The notes under the pieces: generated by a model | Database searches by the model: none | The model's input: only the letters and a program-made list of their open reading frames with translations | What the model was told of the DNA's origin: nothing | NCBI GenBank assembly: GCA_964481435.1 | Contig: CAYZTH010000001.1 | Location: 7,992-71,991, forward strand | Reading direction: 5' to 3' | DNA length: 64,000 nt | Source: Candidatus Woesearchaeota archaeon | Lineage (GTDB): Archaea > Nanobdellota > Nanobdellia > Pacearchaeales > UBA284 | Part shown: piece by piece, positions 56,050-64,000 of the stretch | Position numbering within the stretch: the stretch's first letter is position 1 | How the letters are laid out: each line of letters begins with the position of its first letter | Translations under genes and position numbers: made by a program

Positions 56050-58338
56050 TTATCTATTTTTTTTCAACTCTTTTTTAATCCATTCTTCCCAGTCTTTGTA
56101 GACCCTCTTTCCCTTTGGAAGCCCTATTTCTCTCTCGACTTTTTCAGAAATATCATGAAAAGCATTATTTGATTTTGTCACCCACTCTGCTTCAAGCAGT
56201 TCAGGCATCTTGGCCTTCACACTCATCTCAACAAGAGATTGTTTTATCTTTGCCCTAAGAAGTATATTATCCCAGACAGCATCCCACGAGCCTGCCCACC
56301 CTTTTACATTTGAAGCGATTTCTTTTAGGACTTCTGACTCACCATTTATAAAATCATCAGTTGCTTTTAGATCATCTTTTATGACATCGTACTTCATCAA
56401 GTCCAAGAATCCTTTTTCAGCCAGGGGATCGGTCTGCCAGTGTTTCCTAACTTCTGTAATTTCTAATAATCTTCTCCACCGGTGCATACCATCTGAACTT
56501 TTTATTGGATTTACAACAGCGATTATATCTGTTGCTTTGAAACTTGTGGTTGGAACTTTCAAATCATTTACAACCCTGTCAAAGACACCATAGGCACTAG
56601 CTCCATGAATTGTACCTGCAACAACATTTGCTAAAGCGCCAACTCTCATTGCTTCATATAATGCCAAGGCTTCCTGACTTCTGACTTCTCCAACTATCAA
56701 GCATGAGTCTCCTAATCTTAGTGAAGTCCTAATACCCTCATCCGCAGCCATCTCCGTAGTCTCTCTTGCAAGAGCTTCTCTGACTTTCATTCTTAGAATA
56801 TCATAATTTAGGCCCCTCATTGCAACAACCGGCAACTCCATTGTTCCTTCAATAACAATGACTCTGTACTTGTTCATAATCTCAATCATACAGGCCCCAA
56901 GTAATGATGTTTTTCCTGAGCTTCGTGTTCCAGCTATCAGTAGGGTTCTCCCTCCATCAATTAAAAAACTTAAGAGTCCGGCGGACATGGCATTAAGCAT
57001 CTTATTCTTGATGAATAAGGGCAGAGTCCATGGTTTCTCCCTATGTCTTCTGAAAGCATATGCTAATCCATACGGGCTTAGGGGTTGTTGGATAATTGCT
57101 ACTCTTGCTCTTGCTGTTCCAATTTCTAACTCTGTGTCAAGAACAGGATTAGCTTCATCTAAAGGTCTGCCTGACATCATTCTGAACTTAGCTGCCCATG
57201 AATCAACATCTTCTTGGCTTGGAACAATATTTGTATCACACTCGTCATACTCCTGATGCCTAACAAACATAGGAACTGCTCCTGCAGGACTATTTACCAT
57301 AATATCCTGTAAATTCTCATCCTGCAATAATACCTCAACTAATCCGAAGCCAATTGTGCTTCTGACTAAGATTGTTGCAAGCTTGTTTATCTGCTTGAAA
57401 CCGAGGTCCATTTTTCTTGAAGTAGCAATCTCTTGTAAAAGGTCCTTTGCGATATTAAAAAAAACTTGTCTGATTCTTGAAGGGTCTGTAAATTCTTCAG
57501 ACCTTGGCTTATGCTCTAAGAGAACATTTCTTGCAACATTTACAAGATTCTGCAAGTCCTCATTTAAACCGAACTCAGGTGAATTCAGATGATAGAGATA
57601 TTTAGTTTGATTTGGAATCTTCAGGATAGTTACTGTGCTTCGGTCATAATCTGCCCCAATTTCATATTCATCAATTATCTCCGCATCAGCAGGAATTGAA
57701 GCAACAAGCCTCGTGAATGTAAAGTTTGGGATTACTTCTGCTCTGAAAAGGTCTTGATATATTTTTCTATCTTTTAGTTTGTAATCCTTCATGCCCTCTG
57801 CGGCATTCTTTATCAGTTTGGTCTTTTGCAGCATCAATATTATCTTTGCCAAAAGTCTAAGAAAATCTTCCTGGCACTTAGAACATTCAGGAACAACATT
57901 CGGGACACTCGCTTTCTCTTGTTGATAGATTCTCTTTGCCTCAACATAGCAGGCAATAGGGTCTTGTTTCAATAGAGTCAGGATAAGATATCTCATTGCA
58001 TCATATCTCTTTGCCAGGCATCTTTTGCATGAAAAAGGTGCGAGGGTCGTAGTTAGGAGAATTCGGTCCTGTTTGATAAGCTTTTCATACATTTGTGCAA
58101 TCTCTAGCAGCATCTCCATTTGCCCATAAGGATAACTGTAGTTTCTCTGTTGGACAAAAACAATCTTGGAAGCTGATGGAACTTCAATAAAATAGTCTAT
58201 TGCTCTTGACATGATAACTGCAGAATCCGCAATATCCGGAACTCCGGCAGCGCCCATATAATTTACATAGATTACGTCCTGTCCCGCCTCTCTCTTTATT
58301 TCATAAGCATAGAGCTTAGTATCATTTTTAAACATCAT
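56050..58338 (-). CDS. Type II/IV secretion (archaeal pilus/ArlI-like) ATPase
   Basis: Walker A AGTRSSGKT, SLRLGD, Walker B LIVGEVRS, GTIHG. Confidence 0.92.
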   Translation of the reverse strand: MMFKNDTKLYAYEIKREAGQDVIYVNYMGAAGVPDIADSAVIMSRAIDYFIEVPSASKIVFVQQRNYSYPYGQMEMLLEIAQMYEKLIKQDRILLTTTLAPFSCKRCLAKRYDAMRYLILTLLKQDPIACYVEAKRIYQQEKASVPNVVPECSKCQEDFLRLLAKIILMLQKTKLIKNAAEGMKDYKLKDRKIYQDLFRAEVIPNFTFTRLVASIPADAEIIDEYEIGADYDRSTVTILKIPNQTKYLYHLNSPEFGLNEDLQNLVNVARNVLLEHKPRSEEFTDPSRIRQVFFNIAKDLLQEIATSRKMDLGFKQINKLATILVRSTIGFGLVEVLLQDENLQDIMVNSPAGAVPMFVRHQEYDECDTNIVPSQEDVDSWAAKFRMMSGRPLDEANPVLDTELEIGTARARVAIIQQPLSPYGLAYAFRRHREKPWTLPLFIKNKMLNAMSAGLLSFLIDGGRTLLIAGTRSSGKTSLLGACMIEIMNKYRVIVIEGTMELPVVAMRGLNYDILRMKVREALARETTEMAADEGIRTSLRLGDSCLIVGEVRSQEALALYEAMRVGALANVVAGTIHGASAYGVFDRVVNDLKVPTTSFKATDIIAVVNPIKSSDGMHRWRRLLEITEVRKHWQTDPLAEKGFLDLMKYDVIKDDLKATDDFINGESEVLKEIASNVKGWAGSWDAVWDNILLRAKIKQSLVEMSVKAKMPELLEAEWVTKSNNAFHDISEKVEREIGLPKGKRVYKDWEEWIKKELKKNR

Positions 58339-58490
58339 TTTTGATTATTCAACTCCAGTTCTATTTTCCAGCCTCTTTTTTATCTAATATAAAAGAAAAT
58401 ACTAATTAAAAAACCTTTGTTTGCAAGATAAATATTTAAATCAACTAAACTTAGAGATAATGAAAAATAGGTAAGGATAAATATACAAAT

Positions 58491-58901
58491 ATGGCAACAG
58501 ACCCAAGACAAGCAGGCATGTTAAGTGCAATGCTCTCTCAATTCAGCACAAGAATAAATGACCTTGAAGAGAAACAGAATACACTCCATGAGAAATTAGC
58601 AGTTCTAGGTCAGACCCTGCTTAGCAATAATCAAAGGCTGACTAAAGAGATGGCGATGCTCTCTGATGACATGTCTTCCTTAAAACAAGATATAGAGAAG
58701 ATAAGAAATACCGCCCAGATTCTATTAGAACAGTCTGCAGACTATGCTCGAAAACAAGAACTTTTGACACTTGATAAATATATGAAGGCATGGGAACCAA
58801 TGCAGTATGCAACTCTAGAAGATGTAAAACAGATGTTAAATGCGGCCTTGAAAAACAAAAAGGCCAGTTCAAAAGATAAAATAATTCCTGTTGAAGAATA
58901 A
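58491..58901 (+). CDS. Coiled-coil hypothetical protein
   Basis: Heptad-rich; YARKQEL..LDKY...WEP. Confidence 0.7.
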   Translation: MATDPRQAGMLSAMLSQFSTRINDLEEKQNTLHEKLAVLGQTLLSNNQRLTKEMAMLSDDMSSLKQDIEKIRNTAQILLEQSADYARKQELLTLDKYMKAWEPMQYATLEDVKQMLNAALKNKKASSKDKIIPVEE

Positions 58902-58951
58902 GATAAATAAAGATAAATCAAACAAAGATTATTAATAATAAGATAAATAAA

Positions 58952-58992
58952 AGAGTTTGCAACGCCGTGAACTTAATAGTTCACCAAACTCT
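58952..58992. repeat. Intergenic hairpin element (same family as 452..488)
   Basis: Reverse strand AGAGTTTG-GTGAAC-TATTAA-GTTCAC-GGCGTTG-CAAACTCT. Confidence 0.55.
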
Positions 58993-59036
58993 CTAATAGC
59001 ATTCAATATAAACTTAACTCAAACATATACCAAAAA

Positions 59037-59681
59037 ATGACGCGACCAGTTCCAACAAATATTATACTCGAGATGAATAAACGAGGTTACAAAGACGTTG
59101 ATATCTTAAGATATCTCAAGCAAAAGGGTTACACCCCCACTGAAATGAGCGATGGTTTTAATCAGGCTAAGGTCAAGCTCGAACTTGATAGGAATCAGGC
59201 AGCCCAAGAGCAAGAGAATGAATCTGAACCAGTTATCTCTCATTTTCCAAAAGCTCCTCCTGTGGTCCAGAGGCCTGTAAGTTCGGATTCAAGTATTCAG
59301 ATTCTCCAGGTAAAGATGAGATCTCTAGAAGAAAAGCAGAAACAGCAGCTTGCCTATCTTGAAAATCTTAGAAATCAAATAATTAAGAAAATTCAGGAAG
59401 ATAGTTCAAGAATGAAAGAAGTTTCTGCACAAGTCTCGGCTCTGCAGCAAACTTTTTCAAAAGTTCTCCAGCCTCTTGCCTCAAATGTAAAGGCAAAGTC
59501 CGGCATGTTGAAATTAAGTGAAAGTCGTGATGATGAATCAGATTCAGATGAAGACAAAGTTGTGGTCATAAAGGAAACAACAAAGAGTGTCGAGAAGTCA
59601 AAATCAAGGCCAAGGTCAAAATCAGGTTCATCAAAGAAGAAGAAAGAGAAATCAAGTCTAGATGATCAATTTGGAAAATAG
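59037..59681 (+). CDS. Hypothetical protein with helical N-domain and coiled coil
   Basis: RGYKD.DI..YLKQKGY repeat-like N-terminus; coiled coil; disordered tail. Confidence 0.65.
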   Translation: MTRPVPTNIILEMNKRGYKDVDILRYLKQKGYTPTEMSDGFNQAKVKLELDRNQAAQEQENESEPVISHFPKAPPVVQRPVSSDSSIQILQVKMRSLEEKQKQQLAYLENLRNQIIKKIQEDSSRMKEVSAQVSALQQTFSKVLQPLASNVKAKSGMLKLSESRDDESDSDEDKVVVIKETTKSVEKSKSRPRSKSGSSKKKKEKSSLDDQFGK

Positions 59682-59682
59682 T

Positions 59683-60345
59683 TTAATTCTTACCTTCCCA
59701 CTCATTCATAAATTCATTTAGATAGTGTTTCATAAACTTGTGTCTTTTGTTGGCAATCTTCTTTGCAGTTTTTGTATTCATCCTGTCTTTTAAGAGGAAT
59801 AGCTTTTCGTGAAAATGATTTATTGAAGCAGAATCTCCATGTTTTTTGTAATCCTCAAAATTTTCATGCGGTCTGGGCTTTGCAGAAGGATCGTAAATAG
59901 GTCTTCCGACCTTGCCCCCATAAGCAAAAGTTCTAGCTATTCCAATCGCGCCAATTCCATCCAATCTGTCTGCGTCCCGGACAATCATGCCCTCTTTGGT
60001 TTTCATTGGTGTTTTTACACTTGCGCCTTTAAAAGAAGTATCTTCAATAATCTGACACACATGATTAATTGTTTTTTCGTCAACTTGAAGGCCCTCTAGC
60101 CATTTTCTTTCAGGATTCTTATCTTTATTTGTGCATTTGTTGAATTTCCAATCTCCAAGATCGTGCAGAAGAGCAGCGAGTTCGATAATGAATAAATCTG
60201 CTTTTTCTTTTTTTCCGATATAAATCGCCAGTTTACAGACTCGGCAAGCATGCCACCAATCATGTCCCGTGCTTTCTCCAGAAAACTTTTCTTTGATATA
60301 TTCTTTTGTTTTTTCAAGAATTTCTTTTTTATCCATATAATTCAA
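59683..60345 (-). CDS. HD-domain phosphohydrolase (YedJ-like)
   Basis: GHDWWH, LLHD, DADRLDGIGAIGIARTF, HFHEKL. Confidence 0.92.
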   Translation of the reverse strand: MNYMDKKEILEKTKEYIKEKFSGESTGHDWWHACRVCKLAIYIGKKEKADLFIIELAALLHDLGDWKFNKCTNKDKNPERKWLEGLQVDEKTINHVCQIIEDTSFKGASVKTPMKTKEGMIVRDADRLDGIGAIGIARTFAYGGKVGRPIYDPSAKPRPHENFEDYKKHGDSASINHFHEKLFLLKDRMNTKTAKKIANKRHKFMKHYLNEFMNEWEGKN

Positions 60346-60376
60346 TTAAATAGAAGAATAAAAATCTTTCTAATTT

Positions 60377-61366
60377 CTAGGGTTCTTCGTCATTTATTCC
60401 AGATTCGTGGATGAAGAAAACAACCTCGCTCTCTGGCAGGTTTGGAGCATCAATCATCTTTGCGATTCTTGAGCCTTTCTTTCCTTTTCTTAGGTAGATT
60501 CTATATGTTGAAGCATGACCAACAATATGCCCGCCGATAGCCCTAGTTGGGTCACCAAACATCATTGCAGGATCAGCCATGACCTGGTTTGTTATGTAAA
60601 CTGCCAGATTATTTGCCTCTGCAAGCCTCATTAAATTATGTAAGTGTTTATTCAATCGCTGTTGTCTGTCTGCTAGTTGCCCTCGTCCAGCGAACTCTGC
60701 TCTAAAGTGTGCTGTCAAAGAATCAACAATTAGCAATCTAATTGGTTCTCCCTTCTTAATTAATTCAGAAACTTTGTCAACTAGTAATATCTGATGATCT
60801 GAATTAAATGCTCTTGCAACAAATATATTTTTCAAGGTTTTTGTGAAATCAAGCCCCAATGTATCGCACATGTTTTTGATTCTTTCTGGTCTGAATGTAC
60901 TTTCAGTATCAATCCAGACTGCCTTGCCATTTGCTCCGCCTTTGTCTAAGGGAAGTTGGACATTTACGGCAAGCTGATGGGCAATTTGAGATTTTCCAGA
61001 ACCAAAAGCACCATAGGCCTCGGTTATTGCTCTAGTTTCAACTCCTCCTCCGAGTAATGAATTTAGATTATTTGAACCAGTGGTTATCTTGATCACTTCC
61101 ATTCTTCTTTTAAGATACTCTGTAGCATCCTCAAACTCTAATTTTAGCATCTTTCTAGCAGCTGCAATTGCTTTTCTAGCAGTAGCCTCTGTTAAGTCAG
61201 CTAGGGCCGATAGGTCAGAAGGAGTCATGACTGCCACACTCATTAAATCGCCATAACCTACCTCTTCAAGCTTAGCCGCAGTTGTTGCACCAATGCCTGG
61301 AAGATCAGTAAGCTTTAGTTCTTCAGTTGTTCCAGTTCCCTCTTCTTTCTCTTTTTCTTTGGCCAT
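60377..61366 (-). CDS. radA: DNA repair and recombination protein RadA
   Basis: LPGIG Hh[37 protein letters not shown]. Confidence 0.98.
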   Translation of the reverse strand: MAKEKEKEEGTGTTEELKLTDLPGIGATTAAKLEEVGYGDLMSVAVMTPSDLSALADLTEATARKAIAAARKMLKLEFEDATEYLKRRMEVIKITTGSNNLNSLLGGGVETRAITEAYGAFGSGKSQIAHQLAVNVQLPLDKGGANGKAVWIDTESTFRPERIKNMCDTLGLDFTKTLKNIFVARAFNSDHQILLVDKVSELIKKGEPIRLLIVDSLTAHFRAEFAGRGQLADRQQRLNKHLHNLMRLAEANNLAVYITNQVMADPAMMFGDPTRAIGGHIVGHASTYRIYLRKGKKGSRIAKMIDAPNLPESEVVFFIHESGINDEEP

Positions 61367-61421
61367 GTTCCAATTAATTAATCGGGGTTTATAAGCATTA
61401 TTTTTGTCTAGAATATAGGTT

Positions 61422-61892
61422 CTATAACATAATAAAAGTTAGAACAATGCAAACCAGGGCAAAGAAAGCGAAAAAAATAGCCTCAATCAAGCCACCTGTC
61501 TTGATCTTGCCCTTTATTCTCACTTCAAAAGGCCAAAATAATCCTACTCCGGATTTGGTTGCGCAATCAAGTAAAAGGTGTAATAAATAAAAGAAAGTAG
61601 CAAGTAGAGCATACGCCCAATTCTGGCTTATCAAAAAGGTGATTAGGCCCGCAAGTAAGGCAAAAGCCAGGCTATGGAAAACCTCCCTATGGGCGACAAA
61701 GACATGAAGAAAGTTGCTTAGGGGTTTTGTTTTCTTGCTCATCCACGAGCCCGCAACATCGATATCTGGGAGAAGAGTTGCAATAAAAAATATCAAGAGG
61801 ATTATCCAATTAAAAGAAAAGCCAAAAACCTTTAATTTTAATAGAATCAAGAATATCATCAAGTTGAAGATAAAGTGTGTTCTCGAAAGCAT
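61422..61892 (-). CDS. Membrane metal-dependent hydrolase (YdjM-like)
   Basis: RTH, LLPDID, HREVFHS, HLLLD. Confidence 0.85.
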   Translation of the reverse strand: MLSRTHFIFNLMIFLILLKLKVFGFSFNWIILLIFFIATLLPDIDVAGSWMSKKTKPLSNFLHVFVAHREVFHSLAFALLAGLITFLISQNWAYALLATFFYLLHLLLDCATKSGVGLFWPFEVRIKGKIKTGGLIEAIFFAFFALVCIVLTFIML

Positions 61893-61897
61893 TTTTT

Positions 61898-62872
61898 CTA
61901 TCCACGTTCTTGAGAAAACTGTTTGATGACCATCTCTGGATTTGTTTTTTCACAGCTTGAGAGTATTATCTCGTCTCTATTGAAAAGAGCATTCTTTTTT
62001 ATCCTGCCTGTGAAAAAGAATTCTGTTCCTAGCATTTCTTCTTTTTTTTCAGTTATGAACAGAGGGTCCTCTAACTTTGAATTATCTTGGAGATTGAAAA
62101 TCTTCAGGATCATATCATTAAAAGCGATTGCCCTCATATTTTCAGAGCCATCGTCGATAATCATATTCATTATTGCTCTTTTTCTAGGCATTACATTTCC
62201 ATGTCTCACACACACAAACTTGTCTCCTTCGGCATTAACCTTCATGTTGCACTCTGGGCAGACATTGAAGAAAGAAAGATTGAACATCTGGAGCATATAT
62301 GCCCTGATACTTGCATTTTCATTGGCTTTGATTTCTTTTATTTTTCTCAGTAAAGGGGCCTCTTTTTGGGTCACTACACTATCAAATTTTACATCACTTA
62401 AAGACAGGTCTGAGCTTGAATTTAGATGCAGGTCTCTGACAGTAGTTCCACGGACATCTGCATTTTTTATGTCAATTACCGCATCTTTTTTTATTGTTCC
62501 ATTTTTGATTAGTTCTATGTCTTTCGTATCCCATAGAACCACCCTGATATTAGAAGTATCATCTGCAATCATGAAGAAAGCGACTTCAGCATCTTGCTGT
62601 TGTCTTTTGAATGTTTTTATGACCGGCGCCTCAATGACCTGGCCAGTAACTGAAATCTTTTTCATCCCTATCATCAAATCATAAATTTTTAATTTCTGCT
62701 TTTCGAAAGAAACTCCAAGTTCAGCAGCCACAATCTGGGCTGCACCCTCATTACTGATAAGTCCAGAGAGCTTCGCCTTTTTAGCCTCGATTCTTCTTGT
62801 GACTTCCTCTTTTTCTAAGCCAGCTAATTTTGATATCTTCTCAATAAGCTGGTCATATGGTGCCTTTATCAT
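61898..62872 (-). CDS. Replication protein A-like OB-fold ssDNA-binding protein
   Basis: ADDTSNIRVVLWD OB fold, CPEC..CVRH zinc finger, IDDGSENMR. Confidence 0.85.
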   Translation of the reverse strand: MIKAPYDQLIEKISKLAGLEKEEVTRRIEAKKAKLSGLISNEGAAQIVAAELGVSFEKQKLKIYDLMIGMKKISVTGQVIEAPVIKTFKRQQQDAEVAFFMIADDTSNIRVVLWDTKDIELIKNGTIKKDAVIDIKNADVRGTTVRDLHLNSSSDLSLSDVKFDSVVTQKEAPLLRKIKEIKANENASIRAYMLQMFNLSFFNVCPECNMKVNAEGDKFVCVRHGNVMPRKRAIMNMIIDDGSENMRAIAFNDMILKIFNLQDNSKLEDPLFITEKKEEMLGTEFFFTGRIKKNALFNRDEIILSSCEKTNPEMVIKQFSQERG

Positions 62873-62934
62873 CTTCCTAGAACTCGATTTTTGTTTTTAA
62901 AGTTTTATGTAGTCAAACGCATACATAATTTGAA

Positions 62935-63690
62935 CTATTTCTTCATTGAAAAACTCCAGATTATTGGCCCAGAATCTGCGTCATTTGGATAATCTGCCTT
63001 TGTTTTCAGAGAAAATACCGAGAAATCTCCCTGCTGTTCTAGAGTATCAATCTGCCAAGCCAGAGAGGTAATTGTGCATGGGCTAGAAGGGTCTGATGCA
63101 CAAGTTTTTGCTTGTCCATAAACTTTCTGAATCTCTTCAAGATTATAATTTGTTATATCAATTGAATTTTTTAGTTTAAAGTTGCGTTTTAAAGAATAGC
63201 TGAAGTATGGCCCTGGTTTAGAACTAGTCAATTCAATCTCTTGGCTCTCGCAGACAAGATTACTCCCTTCAATACTGCAAGCTACTTGAATATCTTGATT
63301 AAGATATTTTTTCAGATACTCTTGGATATAATTTGAAGTATCTTGAGAGATTATATAATTTATATAATCTATCTCTGGCTTGCAATTGTCATTCAAAATA
63401 ATTGATGATTCATATAATAAGCACCCCGCATTCTCTTTGTTTATGAAAGAACTTTCCGCAAGAGTCTTTATAGATCGAGATAGGGAGAGCCGCATAGAAT
63501 CCTGAAAATAAAACTTGGGGTTCATATCATTTATTGAATTTGACGAATCTGTTCCAATGCTCTGCCCAACTTTTGGGATTGATACAGTCATTATCCAAAT
63601 AGATAAGCCCAGGAGTACAAGGACGATTATAACCAGCATTCTCCCAAAACCAATGCCCCTTTTATTCTCTATTATTTTATTTGTATTCAT
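62935..63690 (-). CDS. Secreted/pilin-like protein with putative class III signal peptide
   Basis: NKRG followed by a hydrophobic stretch (IGFGRMLVIIVLVLLGL). Confidence 0.6.
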   Translation of the reverse strand: MNTNKIIENKRGIGFGRMLVIIVLVLLGLSIWIMTVSIPKVGQSIGTDSSNSINDMNPKFYFQDSMRLSLSRSIKTLAESSFINKENAGCLLYESSIILNDNCKPEIDYINYIISQDTSNYIQEYLKKYLNQDIQVACSIEGSNLVCESQEIELTSSKPGPYFSYSLKRNFKLKNSIDITNYNLEEIQKVYGQAKTCASDPSSPCTITSLAWQIDTLEQQGDFSVFSLKTKADYPNDADSGPIIWSFSMKK

Positions 63691-63706
63691 TTTTAGTTTT
63701 CTGGAT

Positions 63707-64000
63707 TTATATGCTGCCATAAAAAGTAATTACCTTGATTAAGATTAATTCTTCTCCGGGAATGTAAAAGCAAACATTTTTTCCAAATTTATCTATTTTT
63801 TTGCATTCATTCACCGCATCGGTGTAGTAGACCTTTGCATCTCCTCCGACATTAACTCTTATTCCGCCTCTCTGATTATATACTTCATATATCTTCCAAA
63901 TTTCCTGATTTAATCTGCTTGTGACAGAAGGATCTCTTTTTCTCACTAAATCTGCGAAAGTTATGCCGTTGACTCTTTCCTGCATCAGTGAATTTAGCAT
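63707..64000 (-). CDS. Hypothetical protein (probably 5'-truncated at window edge)
   Basis: Open frame reaching the window end. Confidence 0.5.
   Translation of the reverse strand: MLNSLMQERVNGITFADLVRKRDPSVTSRLNQEIWKIYEVYNQRGGIRVNVGGDAKVYYTDAVNECKKIDKFGKNVCFYIPGEELILIKVITFYGSI

Noticed and set aside
58897..58951. CRISPR array
   Set aside because: Only two low-complexity A-rich copies and no cas genes; no array seen anywhere in the window.

Overview
AT-rich, gene-dense archaeal chromosome segment. It has TATA-type promoters about 21-23 nt upstream of starts, plus rpoN, aIF5A, RadA, AglB, prefoldin, eL40 and a BHB tRNA intron. The gene content suggests a DPANN (Pacearchaeota/Woesearchaeota-like) organism; this is inference. 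It contains: rpl13-rps9; an inserted cupin/ABC/S-layer block; rpoN; a lone 5S rRNA; three tRNAs (Leu-CAA with intron, Gly-UCC, Arg-CCU); secF-secD; a ~27 kb surface-glycosylation locus (ColD-like, Gmd, Fcl, two fucosyltransferase-type GTs, GalE, Glf, two B12 radical SAMs, a cupin/reductase/C-methyltransferase fusion, GT2/GT4s, AglH, AglB, flippases); R15P isomerase; aIF5A-rpl40e-rpl15-secY; ftsZ-secE-spt5; a type IV pilus/secretion ATPase; radA and RPA. The most striking observation is that two free-standing LAGLIDADG endonuclease genes each sit directly 5' of a tRNA gene, between a promoter and the tRNA. One ORF reads through the tRNA-Leu 5' exon and stops inside its intron. The other lies between an orphan 24-nt 5' fragment of a tRNA-Gly, which still has a promoter, and a complete but sequence-different tRNA-Gly starting 2 nt after its stop. 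This looks like a tRNA-replacing homing cassette. Also noted: dispersed intergenic hairpin elements, tandem surface-protein genes with a constant N-terminus and variable Cys-rich C-terminus, a frameshifted cupin, and a direct repeat flanking cdd. All calls come from motif recognition by eye; no searches were run.
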